DNA of 17,734 nucleotides from a virus. The position numbers and the translations under genes are program-made. The stretch lies in the UHGV virus genome UHGV-1681308. One strand, given 5' to 3'. The notes under the pieces are model-generated. The model had not been told where the DNA came from and did no database searches. It worked only from the letters and a program-made list of their open reading frames with translations. Below are positions 8,461-16,169 of this stretch, one piece after another; position 1 is the first letter of the stretch, and the number at the start of each line of letters is the position of its first letter.

Positions 8461-8657
8461 AACCGATAGGCTACGGGAAGCTCACCAAGTTCCTCAAAGC
8501 CACAGCACCGATATCAAAGCAGTTTGAGAACGAAGTTCTGCGGGATGAGCGTCTCGCAGAACTTTTTTCGTGTGTAGCTGAGGTTGTGCTGCCGAAAGCT
8601 ACAGAACCGCAGAGATGGGCGTTGTGGCAGTGTTTCAAGGGTCTGAAAGGCGTTTAA
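8457..8657 (+). CDS. hypothetical protein (66 aa)
   Basis: ATG at 8457 overlapping the upstream stop. Ends 27 nt before the IStron left end. Confidence 0.45.
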   Translation: MKPIGYGKLTKFLKATAPISKQFENEVLRDERLAELFSCVAEVVLPKATEPQRWALWQCFKGLKGV

Positions 8658-8683
8658 CAACGCCCTTTAACCAGTGATGGCTA

Positions 8684-9110
8684 TCGAACAAGAAAGTGAA
8701 TTGCTAATAGATCCCAAGAGCCTCACGACGCCTGTAACAAGGATCGAAAGAGAAAACAAAGAAGTGAGGATACCGCAAGGCGACAGTAAGCCTAAACGGG
8801 AGTGACAACGGACGTTTAGCAGCCGAGCCATGCGTTCGACAGAACGCCAGCGCATGGAAGGTTCATCGACTATCCCAGATGGGAGTACCCGAGTAGCCAT
8901 GCTGCGACAGCAGCAAAAGTAAGGGGAAGCACTCTGGCTCAGGAATGAGTCAATGATATAGTCAGTGCTTCATGGAAACATGAAGAGTGGTCTCCTATTG
9001 ACACGGAGAAACCTGCTGTTACCCTGGCAAGGTACAGTGAACAGAACCATGGTCTCATTAAATGCAACATTAATTTGACGTTTTGATTTTCTGTATAAGG
9101 ATGTATATTA
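8684..9110 (+). ncRNA. putative group I intron ribozyme core (IStron intron module)
   Basis: R-like element GTTCATCGACTATCC (8861..8875) and S-like element GATATAGTC (8955..8963) can form P7 (GACTA/TAGTC). Several hairpins lie between them and upstream (ctaaacg/cgtttag at 8792..8819, gcgttc-gaca-gaacgc at 8832..8847, gctgc-gaca-gcagc at 8901..8914). No ORF. Not verified by a covariance model. Confidence 0.5.
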
Positions 9111-9132
9111 TCTGTATACAATAAGGAGTGCC

Positions 9133-10218
9133 ATGTACAGAGCCCACAAGATACGCATAGATTGCACAAGAGAGCAGCACAGCCTGTTAATGCAGACTGC
9201 TGGCTGCGCTCGTTATGCGTACAATTGGGGACTCGATAAGTGGGGCAAGATGTACGAAGCCTGGAAGGCTGATGCCTCGCAGGAGAAACCGGACAGATAT
9301 TCTGTAGCCAGACAGTGGACACAGGAGAAACCAGAGTGGGCAAATAAGACATCCAGAAGTCCAGTTGACTACTCTTTTATCAACCTCGGCACCGCCTTCA
9401 AGAACTTCTCAAGGCGCAAAACAAAGTACCCGAAGAAGCACAAGAGGTCACAGGGAATCTCATTCCAAGTGGCACCTGACAAGGCAGCTATAGTTGACAA
9501 CCAACTTAGACTGCCTAACATAGACTACGTGAAGCTCCGAGAGACTCCACGCTTCCAGGGCAAGATAACAGGCTACACAGTTCAGTACATAGCTTCCCAC
9601 TGGTACGTTACAATCGCCTTCGACTGTCCAGACGTCCCAAAAGAAGCACCGGAGTCCGTCGTCGGTATCGACGTAGGACTCCAGCACCCTGCTGTAGCCT
9701 CCGATGGCACCAAACTAGAGCTCCCCATAGAGAAGCTCCAAAAGCTCGAAGTCAAGAAACGTAGAGCACAGCGAGCCCTCAGCAGGAGCAAGAGAAACTC
9801 CAATGCGCGAAAGCGCAAGCGTACCAAACTCCAGCGTATACAACAGAAGATTACCAACATCCGTCAGGATGCAGCCCACAAGTTTACAACTACGGTGAGC
9901 AAAAACCACGCCACTGTAGTCACAGAAGATCTGGACATAAGTGAGCTCCAAAAGAAGGCCCCCGCACGTTCAGTGCGCAGAGCATACAACAGCTCCCTTA
10001 TGGGAACCATTCTTTGGCAGATCTCGTACAAAGCGGTGCACCATATCAAGGCACCAAAGTACTTTCCGAGCACCAAGAGATGCTCAACTTGTGGACATGT
10101 GAAGGAGGCTATGCCTCCGAACGTCAGGACATATCATTGCGACCACTGCGGTACACATCTCGATAGAGATGAGAACGCAGCTCGCAACTTGATGTTGCAA
10201 CCGTGGGTCACACGGTAA
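9133..10218 (+). CDS. tnpB: TnpB (OrfB) RuvC-like RNA-guided nuclease, IS200/IS605 family
   Basis: 361 aa. N-terminus MYRAHKIRIDCTREQHSLL...RYAYNWGL. RuvC-I GIDVGL, RuvC-II VVTEDLD, zinc finger CSTCGH...CDHCG, RuvC-III DRDENAARNL. RBS AAGGAG at 9123..9128. Confidence 0.9.
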   Translation: MYRAHKIRIDCTREQHSLLMQTAGCARYAYNWGLDKWGKMYEAWKADASQEKPDRYSVARQWTQEKPEWANKTSRSPVDYSFINLGTAFKNFSRRKTKYPKKHKRSQGISFQVAPDKAAIVDNQLRLPNIDYVKLRETPRFQGKITGYTVQYIASHWYVTIAFDCPDVPKEAPESVVGIDVGLQHPAVASDGTKLELPIEKLQKLEVKKRRAQRALSRSKRNSNARKRKRTKLQRIQQKITNIRQDAAHKFTTTVSKNHATVVTEDLDISELQKKAPARSVRRAYNSSLMGTILWQISYKAVHHIKAPKYFPSTKRCSTCGHVKEAMPPNVRTYHCDHCGTHLDRDENAARNLMLQPWVTR

Positions 10219-10326
10219 GAGGCGCGGTGATGGTACAGGCAGCATTCGCTGCAGGTACCAGATGATCCGCGAAGACAATCCGGTGTAACGCCGGATGAGA
10301 TCATGACAGTGCGTGTAACACATCGA
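10120..10326 (+). ncRNA. putative TnpB omega RNA (reRNA) scaffold overlapping the tnpB 3' end, plus about 16 nt of flank as guide (gcgtgtaacacatcga)
   Basis: Scaffold conserved with the copy at 1..119, including a hairpin at 10232..10259 with compensatory stem changes and a second conserved hairpin atccggtg-taa-cgccggat. Conservation ends exactly at 10310. The 5' boundary is a guess. Confidence 0.5.
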
Positions 10327-10834
10327 CATATAGTGTCCTGTATCTGCAGAGCAGCAGCAAACCTGCACTACATCCACGAGGGTATCGCACCCTTCTATTG
10401 GGATGGCAACAGGGCAGCTGCTGTGATGAATTGTCTAGGTATAGAACAAGATGTAGCCGCTAAAGGAAAGCGCAGACTGCTAGTGCATTTGATGTGTCTG
10501 CTGGGTGAACCTGCCGGACTGATGTTCAAGGTATCTCTGAGCTGCAACATGCTGGAGTACTTGCTGGGCAAACATTTTGGCGTCTCTTTTCGAAAGTATA
10601 ATGCAGCGGCTGAAGAGATCGCCGGTTGTGTCTTCAAGTGCACAGTAAGTGAGGACACAGCAGGGGCCTATCTAGCGGATTTCAGCGCAACACAAGCTAT
10701 GAAAGACCACAACAGAAAGCTGGCAGAGATGCGCATAAACCCAAGAAAATGTAAAACACCTGCAATGCCATGTGCATCCTGTACTAAAACCAGGGCTCAG
10801 TGCATTTTGGCATGTAAAGTTAAGGACAAACAAA

Positions 10835-11797
10835 ATGAAAACAGAAAAAGTACTGAAGAAAAATGCAATCAAGGCCTATAAAGCCTTCAACAGCGACCTG
10901 ACCTGCAGAGGCTTCCAATATGAAGTCGGTAAGACCTACAGACATATATTCCTAATCCGCTGTTGCGAGTCAGGATTCCATGCTTGTGAAAGGCTGGTTG
11001 ACTGCTTTGGCTACTATGAACCAAACCAAGCAAAAACTCGAATTTGCGAGGTTCTGGTCTGGGGCGATATTCAGAGGCATGATAAAGACACCAAGTTATG
11101 CGCATCCAGAATCCATATTGTCAAAGAGTTGTCCTGGAACAAAGTATGTCGTCTATGCAATAATACCGGCATCGGCAATCAGGGCTTATATAACTCTGGG
11201 AATTATAACAGTGGAAACTCAAATTCCGGTAACTGGAATGCAGGCAATAACAACAAAGGTAAGTACAATTCAGGTGATTGTAACATTGGTTTAGGTAATG
11301 TAGGCACAGGCAATATAGGCAATAATAACTGTGGCCAATATAATTACGGTCATAGGAATTCCGGAAACAATAACATAGGATGCCGCAATGTAGGAAACTA
11401 CAATACGGGCTACTATAATGTCGGTAACTGGAACAAAGGGTCGTTTAATATCGGCTGCTTCAATACAGCAGATGCCATTGTACATATGTTTAACAAGCCT
11501 GTTGTCGGAATCAGTCCATTCGATATTTTAGTCCCAGGTTTCTGCATCTTTGATACGACAGAATGGGTGTCGGCCAGATGTATGACAGATGAAGAAAAGA
11601 AGCAGCACCCTGAGTACGTTACAACAGGAGGATACCAAAAACAATACGCCTACAAGGAAGCCTTCAGGAAGTCCTTCGAGAAGGCAAAGCGACTCCCAGA
11701 TTGGCCCGAACAGCTTAAGAGGCTAAAGGCGCTGCCGAATTTCGATGTAAAGGTATTTGAGGAGATATCAGGTATCAAGGAAGAGGAACTTATGTAA
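10835..11797 (+). CDS. pentapeptide-repeat protein (degenerate N-x-G-x-x repeats), paralog 2 of 5384..6406
   Basis: ATG at 10835 with AAGGA at 10822..10826; the RBS and first ~110 nt are roughly 90% identical to paralog 1. Repeat region GNYNSGNSNSGNWNAGNNNKGKYNSGDCNIGLGNVGTGNIGNNN... The conserved C-terminal domain ends ...FEEISGIKEEELM. Confidence 0.8.
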   Translation: MKTEKVLKKNAIKAYKAFNSDLTCRGFQYEVGKTYRHIFLIRCCESGFHACERLVDCFGYYEPNQAKTRICEVLVWGDIQRHDKDTKLCASRIHIVKELSWNKVCRLCNNTGIGNQGLYNSGNYNSGNSNSGNWNAGNNNKGKYNSGDCNIGLGNVGTGNIGNNNCGQYNYGHRNSGNNNIGCRNVGNYNTGYYNVGNWNKGSFNIGCFNTADAIVHMFNKPVVGISPFDILVPGFCIFDTTEWVSARCMTDEEKKQHPEYVTTGGYQKQYAYKEAFRKSFEKAKRLPDWPEQLKRLKALPNFDVKVFEEISGIKEEELM

Positions 11798-11807
11798 AGA
11801 AAGGAGC

Positions 11808-12149
11808 ATGAAAGTGCAAGTGACAGAACTTGAAACGAGAGAAGTAACAGTGACACGCTACATACTGACTGAGAAGGTCTTCCACCTTGAAGAGTGCCCT
11901 GATTGGGCTCAGTATGCAGCTGTGGATGATGATGGGACTGCCTATTTTTATATGTGTCCACCTAGTCCCAGTGTACATGGGTATAGGTCTGCCTCAGCGT
12001 GTATTCGGATAGACACCGGTTATTCGCTTTTCGACGCCACCGACTGGCAGCACAGCCTTATCGAGCGGCCAAAGAAGGTACTCGAGGTTACCATGTCGGA
12101 CATCGAGAAGAAATATGGATGCAAAGTCAAGATTGTACGGGAGGAGTGA
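11808..12149 (+). CDS. small CPDWA-motif protein carrying the C-terminal tail motif that is fused to paralog 1 (EVTM.DIEK..GCK.KIV.E)
   Basis: RBS AAGGAG at 11801..11806. ATG 11808 is only 1 nt from the RBS, so GTG 11814 may be the true start. Contains EECPDWAQYAAVDDDGTAYFY, similar to 12685..13287. Ends ...EVTMSDIEKKYGCKVKIVREE, compared with ...EVTMADIEKVFGCKIKIVEEK at the end of 5384..6406. Confidence 0.5.
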   Translation: MKVQVTELETREVTVTRYILTEKVFHLEECPDWAQYAAVDDDGTAYFYMCPPSPSVHGYRSASACIRIDTGYSLFDATDWQHSLIERPKKVLEVTMSDIEKKYGCKVKIVREE

Positions 12150-12151
12150 AA

Positions 12152-12688
12152 ATGACTACAAAAGCATTTGTTACAAAATATGGGACTCAGATTAGCGGTG
12201 ATTTGGTCGATGAGCTGTCGCATCATTCAGATGTTCGTAGTTTCGTTCACTGGCTGCTGCATGAATGCGGCTATCTCGAATCCTTGAAGTTTGACTGGCT
12301 GGTTCAGTTGCTCAGAACCAGAGATGCAGACAGCTTGAGGCCCTATGTTGCCGAAGCTGTACTCAAATCCTGGCAGCAGCCAGTGTCCATCGGTATTCCG
12401 TCATCACTGTCGCCTGAAGCTGAAGCCTTGCTTACGGCAATGATAAATGACCATGAACATACGCAAGATGTGTATGCGCATGCAGTGAACATGAAAGAGA
12501 TCTCTGTGCAGAATGTACAGGTAGCTTATTGCGCCTCACCAGATATCAAGCGTTTGCTGTGGCAAATCCTGCACGGTATTATTGTCTGGAAATCTCTTGA
12601 TTACCGGTTATCAGAAACGTATGTAACACAGCAGGTGCTCAAATATATGCAACCAGTTGTATCTTTGTTTGAGGAGGACCTGGAATGA
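12152..12688 (+). CDS. hypothetical protein (178 aa)
   Basis: ATG at 12152 with GAGGAG at 12141..12146. The longer ORF from 11999 lacks an RBS. Confidence 0.55.
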   Translation: MTTKAFVTKYGTQISGDLVDELSHHSDVRSFVHWLLHECGYLESLKFDWLVQLLRTRDADSLRPYVAEAVLKSWQQPVSIGIPSSLSPEAEALLTAMINDHEHTQDVYAHAVNMKEISVQNVQVAYCASPDIKRLLWQILHGIIVWKSLDYRLSETYVTQQVLKYMQPVVSLFEEDLE

Positions 12689-13287
12689 CTGTAGACGATT
12701 TGGTTATGTTCGATACCAAGAAGCTTCTTGACTTCTTTAAGATAGATCAGTGCCCTGACTGGGCAGAGTGGGTCGCTGTAGATAGTGATGGAACGGTCTG
12801 TTATTATTCTGCTGAACCTACTATACTTAATACTTATAAGGATGAATGGAGGTGTGAAACAGTTAGACATAACTTTCGACCTGTCAGGATAAATGGCAAT
12901 AATATTAAAATTACTGTCGAGGACTGGACAAAAGCGAAAGTCAAGAGGCCTCCTACAGGCAATGAAATGTTTCTTGGTAAGTGCAGAAACATTTATGTCC
13001 ACATGAAAGACTCTAAGTATGTAGTTGCTTTCGAGTGCCGCACAGAGGATACCTATGACAACGATAGCTATTATTTGGAATTGACAGTCGAATTGGCAGC
13101 AGAGATATTCTCGAGAGACTTAGGGCATATCATTGCTGAGTGGCTGGGTAAGGATGTGTCTGTAGAAACCGAAGGTTCACATATTCGCAGTGCTCTTCAG
13201 TCCAGTATACCTGAAGCTTTCTCAGCCGCAGTTACTGATGTTCGTCTGTCATCAGGGCCAGGCACGAAAGGTCTGTGCAAAATATGA
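12685..13287 (+). CDS. CPDWA-motif protein (200 aa), paralogous domain to 11808..12149
   Basis: ATG at 12685 with GAGGAGG at 12671..12677. Motif DQCPDWAEWVAVDSDGTVCYY near the N-terminus. AT-richer than its neighbours. Confidence 0.6.
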   Translation: MTVDDLVMFDTKKLLDFFKIDQCPDWAEWVAVDSDGTVCYYSAEPTILNTYKDEWRCETVRHNFRPVRINGNNIKITVEDWTKAKVKRPPTGNEMFLGKCRNIYVHMKDSKYVVAFECRTEDTYDNDSYYLELTVELAAEIFSRDLGHIIAEWLGKDVSVETEGSHIRSALQSSIPEAFSAAVTDVRLSSGPGTKGLCKI

Positions 13288-13324
13288 AAACACTCAAAGA
13301 TTAAAGTAACAGAGAGGAGAATGT

Positions 13325-14665
13325 ATGAAAAAAGGACTCGGAAACCTGCTGGATGCACTCAGTAAGGCAGACGGCGGCGTCAGTATGTCCATTACAGAAT
13401 TCAAAGAAGCCCAGTACGGCATTCCGCTTAAGCATTACTGTTTGCAGTATCTTTTCGGCAGCACCGGGCTCAGGTACGGCGGCTTTTATCTGCTTGCCGG
13501 TAAGCCGAAGTCGTGCAAATCGCCCTTTGCTTTCTTCCTTGCACATCTCAGCTGCGAGAATGATGGCATTGCATATGTGTACGAACTTGAAGGCAAGGCG
13601 TCACCGACGTTGCTGACCAGCATGTTTGCAGACAGGCCCGAATGGCGAGAGGATGGCGGCCCTTTCAAGCTCATCCGAGGACTGACATTGGACGGCGCCG
13701 AGAAGCACCTTACAAAGTCTGTGCTCAAACTTTTCAAGCAGTACGAGGTTTACGATACTCCGCTGCTGATCGACTGGGACTCCATCTCAGGAGCTGCGAT
13801 GTCAGATGTCGTGTCCAAGATCGAGAAGGAAGGCGTAGCCAGTAAAGGCTACTATGAAAAAGCGCACATCATGAAGCATCTGACAGAGAGCTGGGTCGCA
13901 CTTACCAACAACATGCCTGTCGTGTTCGTCGGCGTCTTGCAGGAAAAGGAAAAGGCTGCAGAGGGATGGGCACCTGCAGGCGGACCGCAGAAGTCGTATG
14001 GCGGTGGCGATTCGCAGTTGTTCAAGGCAGGTACATTACTGTCGTTCTCTCACAGCACGCTGCAGAACGGTGCTGGCAAGCTCGTTCGTATCAAGACTGC
14101 ACTGAACGGATTTGCAGACAGCAGAGGCATTGAAGTAAAGTTTGTCTGGGATCAGTTCGGCGACCTTGAGACCGATTCACAGGGGCACAAGTGGCTTTTC
14201 GCAGAGGCGACGGCAAAGTGCCTCGCACAGCCGAAGATCGTAGGCGAGCTCAGAGACATCATTGATGTGAAGATCAATGATTCCGGCGACAGAGTGACTT
14301 GCAAGACGTTCGGTCTTGACAAGGTTACAGCAACAGAGTTCGAGGAAGCCCTGTTTGCGCCTGAGAACGCCAAGGTACTGGAAGATCTGTACAGATACCA
14401 AAAGATAGAAAAGATCAAGCTGCCCTCAGAGTATGCAGCTTACGCCGAGAAAGCAGGAGACAAGGAAGCCGCATATAAAGAGGCGCAGAAGCAGGCACAG
14501 CTCGAAGAGCGTGAGGCCAAGGCTGCGGAAGCTGCCGCAAAGGAAGCAGCCAAGCAGGCAAAACGAGAGGCGAAAGTCAAGAAGTCAGCTGCGGCATCCA
14601 ATCCGTTAGCGGCTTTAGCAGACATGGCAAAGAAAGCTGAGGCATCAGATGCAAAAGCTGAATAA
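13325..14665 (+). CDS. RecA-family recombinase, UvsX-like, with a Lys/Ala/Glu-rich low-complexity C-terminal tail
   Basis: Variant Walker A LLAGKPKSCKS resembles the T4 UvsX GPSKSFKS type. Walker B-like PLLIDWDS. L2-like GGPQKSYGGGDSQLFKAG. YVYELEGKASPTLLTSMFADRPEW resembles the UvsX segment after Walker A. RBS GAGGAG at 13314..13319. Confidence 0.7.
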   Translation: MKKGLGNLLDALSKADGGVSMSITEFKEAQYGIPLKHYCLQYLFGSTGLRYGGFYLLAGKPKSCKSPFAFFLAHLSCENDGIAYVYELEGKASPTLLTSMFADRPEWREDGGPFKLIRGLTLDGAEKHLTKSVLKLFKQYEVYDTPLLIDWDSISGAAMSDVVSKIEKEGVASKGYYEKAHIMKHLTESWVALTNNMPVVFVGVLQEKEKAAEGWAPAGGPQKSYGGGDSQLFKAGTLLSFSHSTLQNGAGKLVRIKTALNGFADSRGIEVKFVWDQFGDLETDSQGHKWLFAEATAKCLAQPKIVGELRDIIDVKINDSGDRVTCKTFGLDKVTATEFEEALFAPENAKVLEDLYRYQKIEKIKLPSEYAAYAEKAGDKEAAYKEAQKQAQLEEREAKAAEAAAKEAAKQAKREAKVKKSAAASNPLAALADMAKKAEASDAKAE

Positions 14666-14990
14666 CAAGCGCGTGTTCTGTACACCTTACGACGATCAGC
14701 GTATCGTGACAGCAAAAATCAAGAACGAAAAACACTATGTACTGAAAGCATGTCCGTTCTGCGGACGCAAGCCGGTAATCGAGACAGTGGAGCCGATATT
14801 CCATGATGATAAAGTCCAGTACTTTGTCTCATGTGCGCACCACGGCTGCGACTGCTACACAAGAACCTATCGCAGCCCAGGTGAGGCAATCGCGAAATGG
14901 AACAGACGCATCAGTCCGCTCGATCGCATTGTCGCTTCTGACTTGAAACGCAGTCTTAAAGCAGCGCAGAAAGAGGCGACAAATGTGTGA
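14649..14990 (+). CDS. Lar-family restriction-alleviation-like small Cys protein (putative anti-restriction)
   Basis: CPFCG ... SCAHHGCDC ... EAIAKWNRR matches the pattern I recall for Lar-family proteins (CPFCG zinc motif, conserved AW-NRR near the C-terminus). The identification rests on recalled motifs, not a search. Confidence 0.5.
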   Translation: MQKLNNKRVFCTPYDDQRIVTAKIKNEKHYVLKACPFCGRKPVIETVEPIFHDDKVQYFVSCAHHGCDCYTRTYRSPGEAIAKWNRRISPLDRIVASDLKRSLKAAQKEATNV

Positions 14991-15684
14991 TACATCAGAG
15001 TGGCCCACTACAGCTCAGGCTGTCAAGGAAATGATGACCGAAGTCTGTGATAAGAACCTGTTCGATTCAGGCGGCGCTTACGGATACGCCTACGAGCGTA
15101 GGGCCAATTGTGACAAGGAACCTGAATTCAAGACACATTACGAGCTCCTCGACAACGGCAAGTTGTACATAGAGGCTACGAAAAGCATGTACTGGCATCT
15201 TGTGAACACTTGTCAGTACAGACACGACCTCACTGTTATGCTGGATGCATATGCGGATCTCAAAGACGAGCGCTACGGAACATGTCTTGGTGAGGACTTC
15301 TTCGCCTCGTTTGGTCTCAAGTCAGGGTCAGACAATACATGCAACACTGAGACTATGCTGGACGGTACGTTTCTGTTCACGCATGCATACATCAGCGATG
15401 AAGCGACAGACCTTTTCGTGATCAGCACACACAATGGCTGTGACGTCAGATCTGGTTACAGCAGCGCCAAAGTATTCGAGAGTCCGGACGCTGAAGTCCT
15501 GTACAGCTTGGACAGTGCAAATCTTATGTGTCACAGATGTGATATACAGTTCGACCTGTCATCCAGTGGTACACGGACACTTGATCCTGACCAGTTCAGA
15601 CTCGAAAAGAACGATGACTTGCCGTACTTTGTTGATGGTAAACTGTACTGCCCAAAGTGCCACAAGCCGCTGGAGGTGTCCTGA
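14983..15684 (+). CDS. hypothetical protein with C-terminal zinc-ribbon-like CxxC...CxxC
   Basis: ATG at 14983 with AAGAGG RBS. MCHRCD ... CPKCHKP at the C-terminus. Confidence 0.55.
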   Translation: MCDTSEWPTTAQAVKEMMTEVCDKNLFDSGGAYGYAYERRANCDKEPEFKTHYELLDNGKLYIEATKSMYWHLVNTCQYRHDLTVMLDAYADLKDERYGTCLGEDFFASFGLKSGSDNTCNTETMLDGTFLFTHAYISDEATDLFVISTHNGCDVRSGYSSAKVFESPDAEVLYSLDSANLMCHRCDIQFDLSSSGTRTLDPDQFRLEKNDDLPYFVDGKLYCPKCHKPLEVS

Positions 15685-16160
15685 TGCCGAATGCACAGCT
15701 TATGGCTGCGCTGCACGCAAGTACCAAAGCGTTGCGTGAAATGGCACGCGACGACGCCACATACGACTTCGTGTATGCGCACAAAAACATGTTCGTCGGC
15801 AACAGAGAAGCCTTCAAGTCTGCTGTAGCCGCGTGTCAGGAGCGCTCAGGCAGAGAGCTGCTTGACAAGCTGGATCTGCAAGAGATCTGCATCGAGAAAG
15901 TAACCGAAGCAGAACTGCTGCACAGCTGCTACTACTTTGTCGACAGTCCACTGTATAAGCGCTTCATTCAGCTCACCAGCAGGCATGGCGGCATAGGTAC
16001 GGCAATCTTCGTCGTCAACAAGCGAGGCGTTGTTGTCACTAATAAGTACAGTCTGGACGCCTACGTACGGGTCAAGCATGTACTTGGCAGCACCGGTAAG
16101 TTGCCTGACATCATGTGGGCGCCAATAGAAGACCTTAAAGGTTTCACGTTCTACAACTAA
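15684..16160 (+). CDS. hypothetical protein (158 aa)
   Basis: ATG at 15684 overlaps the upstream stop (TGATG), with GGAGGTG at 15672..15678. Confidence 0.55.
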   Translation: MPNAQLMAALHASTKALREMARDDATYDFVYAHKNMFVGNREAFKSAVAACQERSGRELLDKLDLQEICIEKVTEAELLHSCYYFVDSPLYKRFIQLTSRHGGIGTAIFVVNKRGVVVTNKYSLDAYVRVKHVLGSTGKLPDIMWAPIEDLKGFTFYN

Positions 16161-16169
16161 GGAGGTTGG

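Larger units (their letters stand above)
8684..10310 (+). mobile_element. IStron-like element: group I intron-like RNA module (5'), tnpB ORF, omega-RNA/right-end scaffold (3'); about 1.63 kb
   Basis: The 5' block tcgaacaagaaagtgaattgct (8684..8705) recurs at 17655..17676. The 3' 119 nt recur at 1..119. The 449-nt non-coding 5' part has group I core-like R and S elements, followed by an intact tnpB. The layout matches IS200/605-derived IStrons. Ends are set by where inter-copy similarity starts and stops. Confidence 0.6.

Noticed and set aside
8645-8672. Hairpin spanning the stop codon of 8457..8657 (aaaggcgtt-taac-aacgccctttaa) as an intrinsic terminator
   Set aside because: Imperfect stem with a bulge and only a 3-nt T run. 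It could equally be part of the IStron insertion-site context. Not called.
9075-9110. Possible sigma70-like promoter (TTGACG ... TATAAG/TATATT) upstream of tnpB
   Set aside because: The spacing between candidate -35 and -10 hexamers is 13 or 23 nt, not about 17, and the region is simply AT-rich. The signal is too weak to call.
10303-10881. 192-aa + strand ORF as a confident CDS
   Set aside because: Its ATG lies inside the conserved element right end, no internal start has an RBS, and it overlaps the start of the pentapeptide-repeat gene. Kept as a finding, not a gene call.
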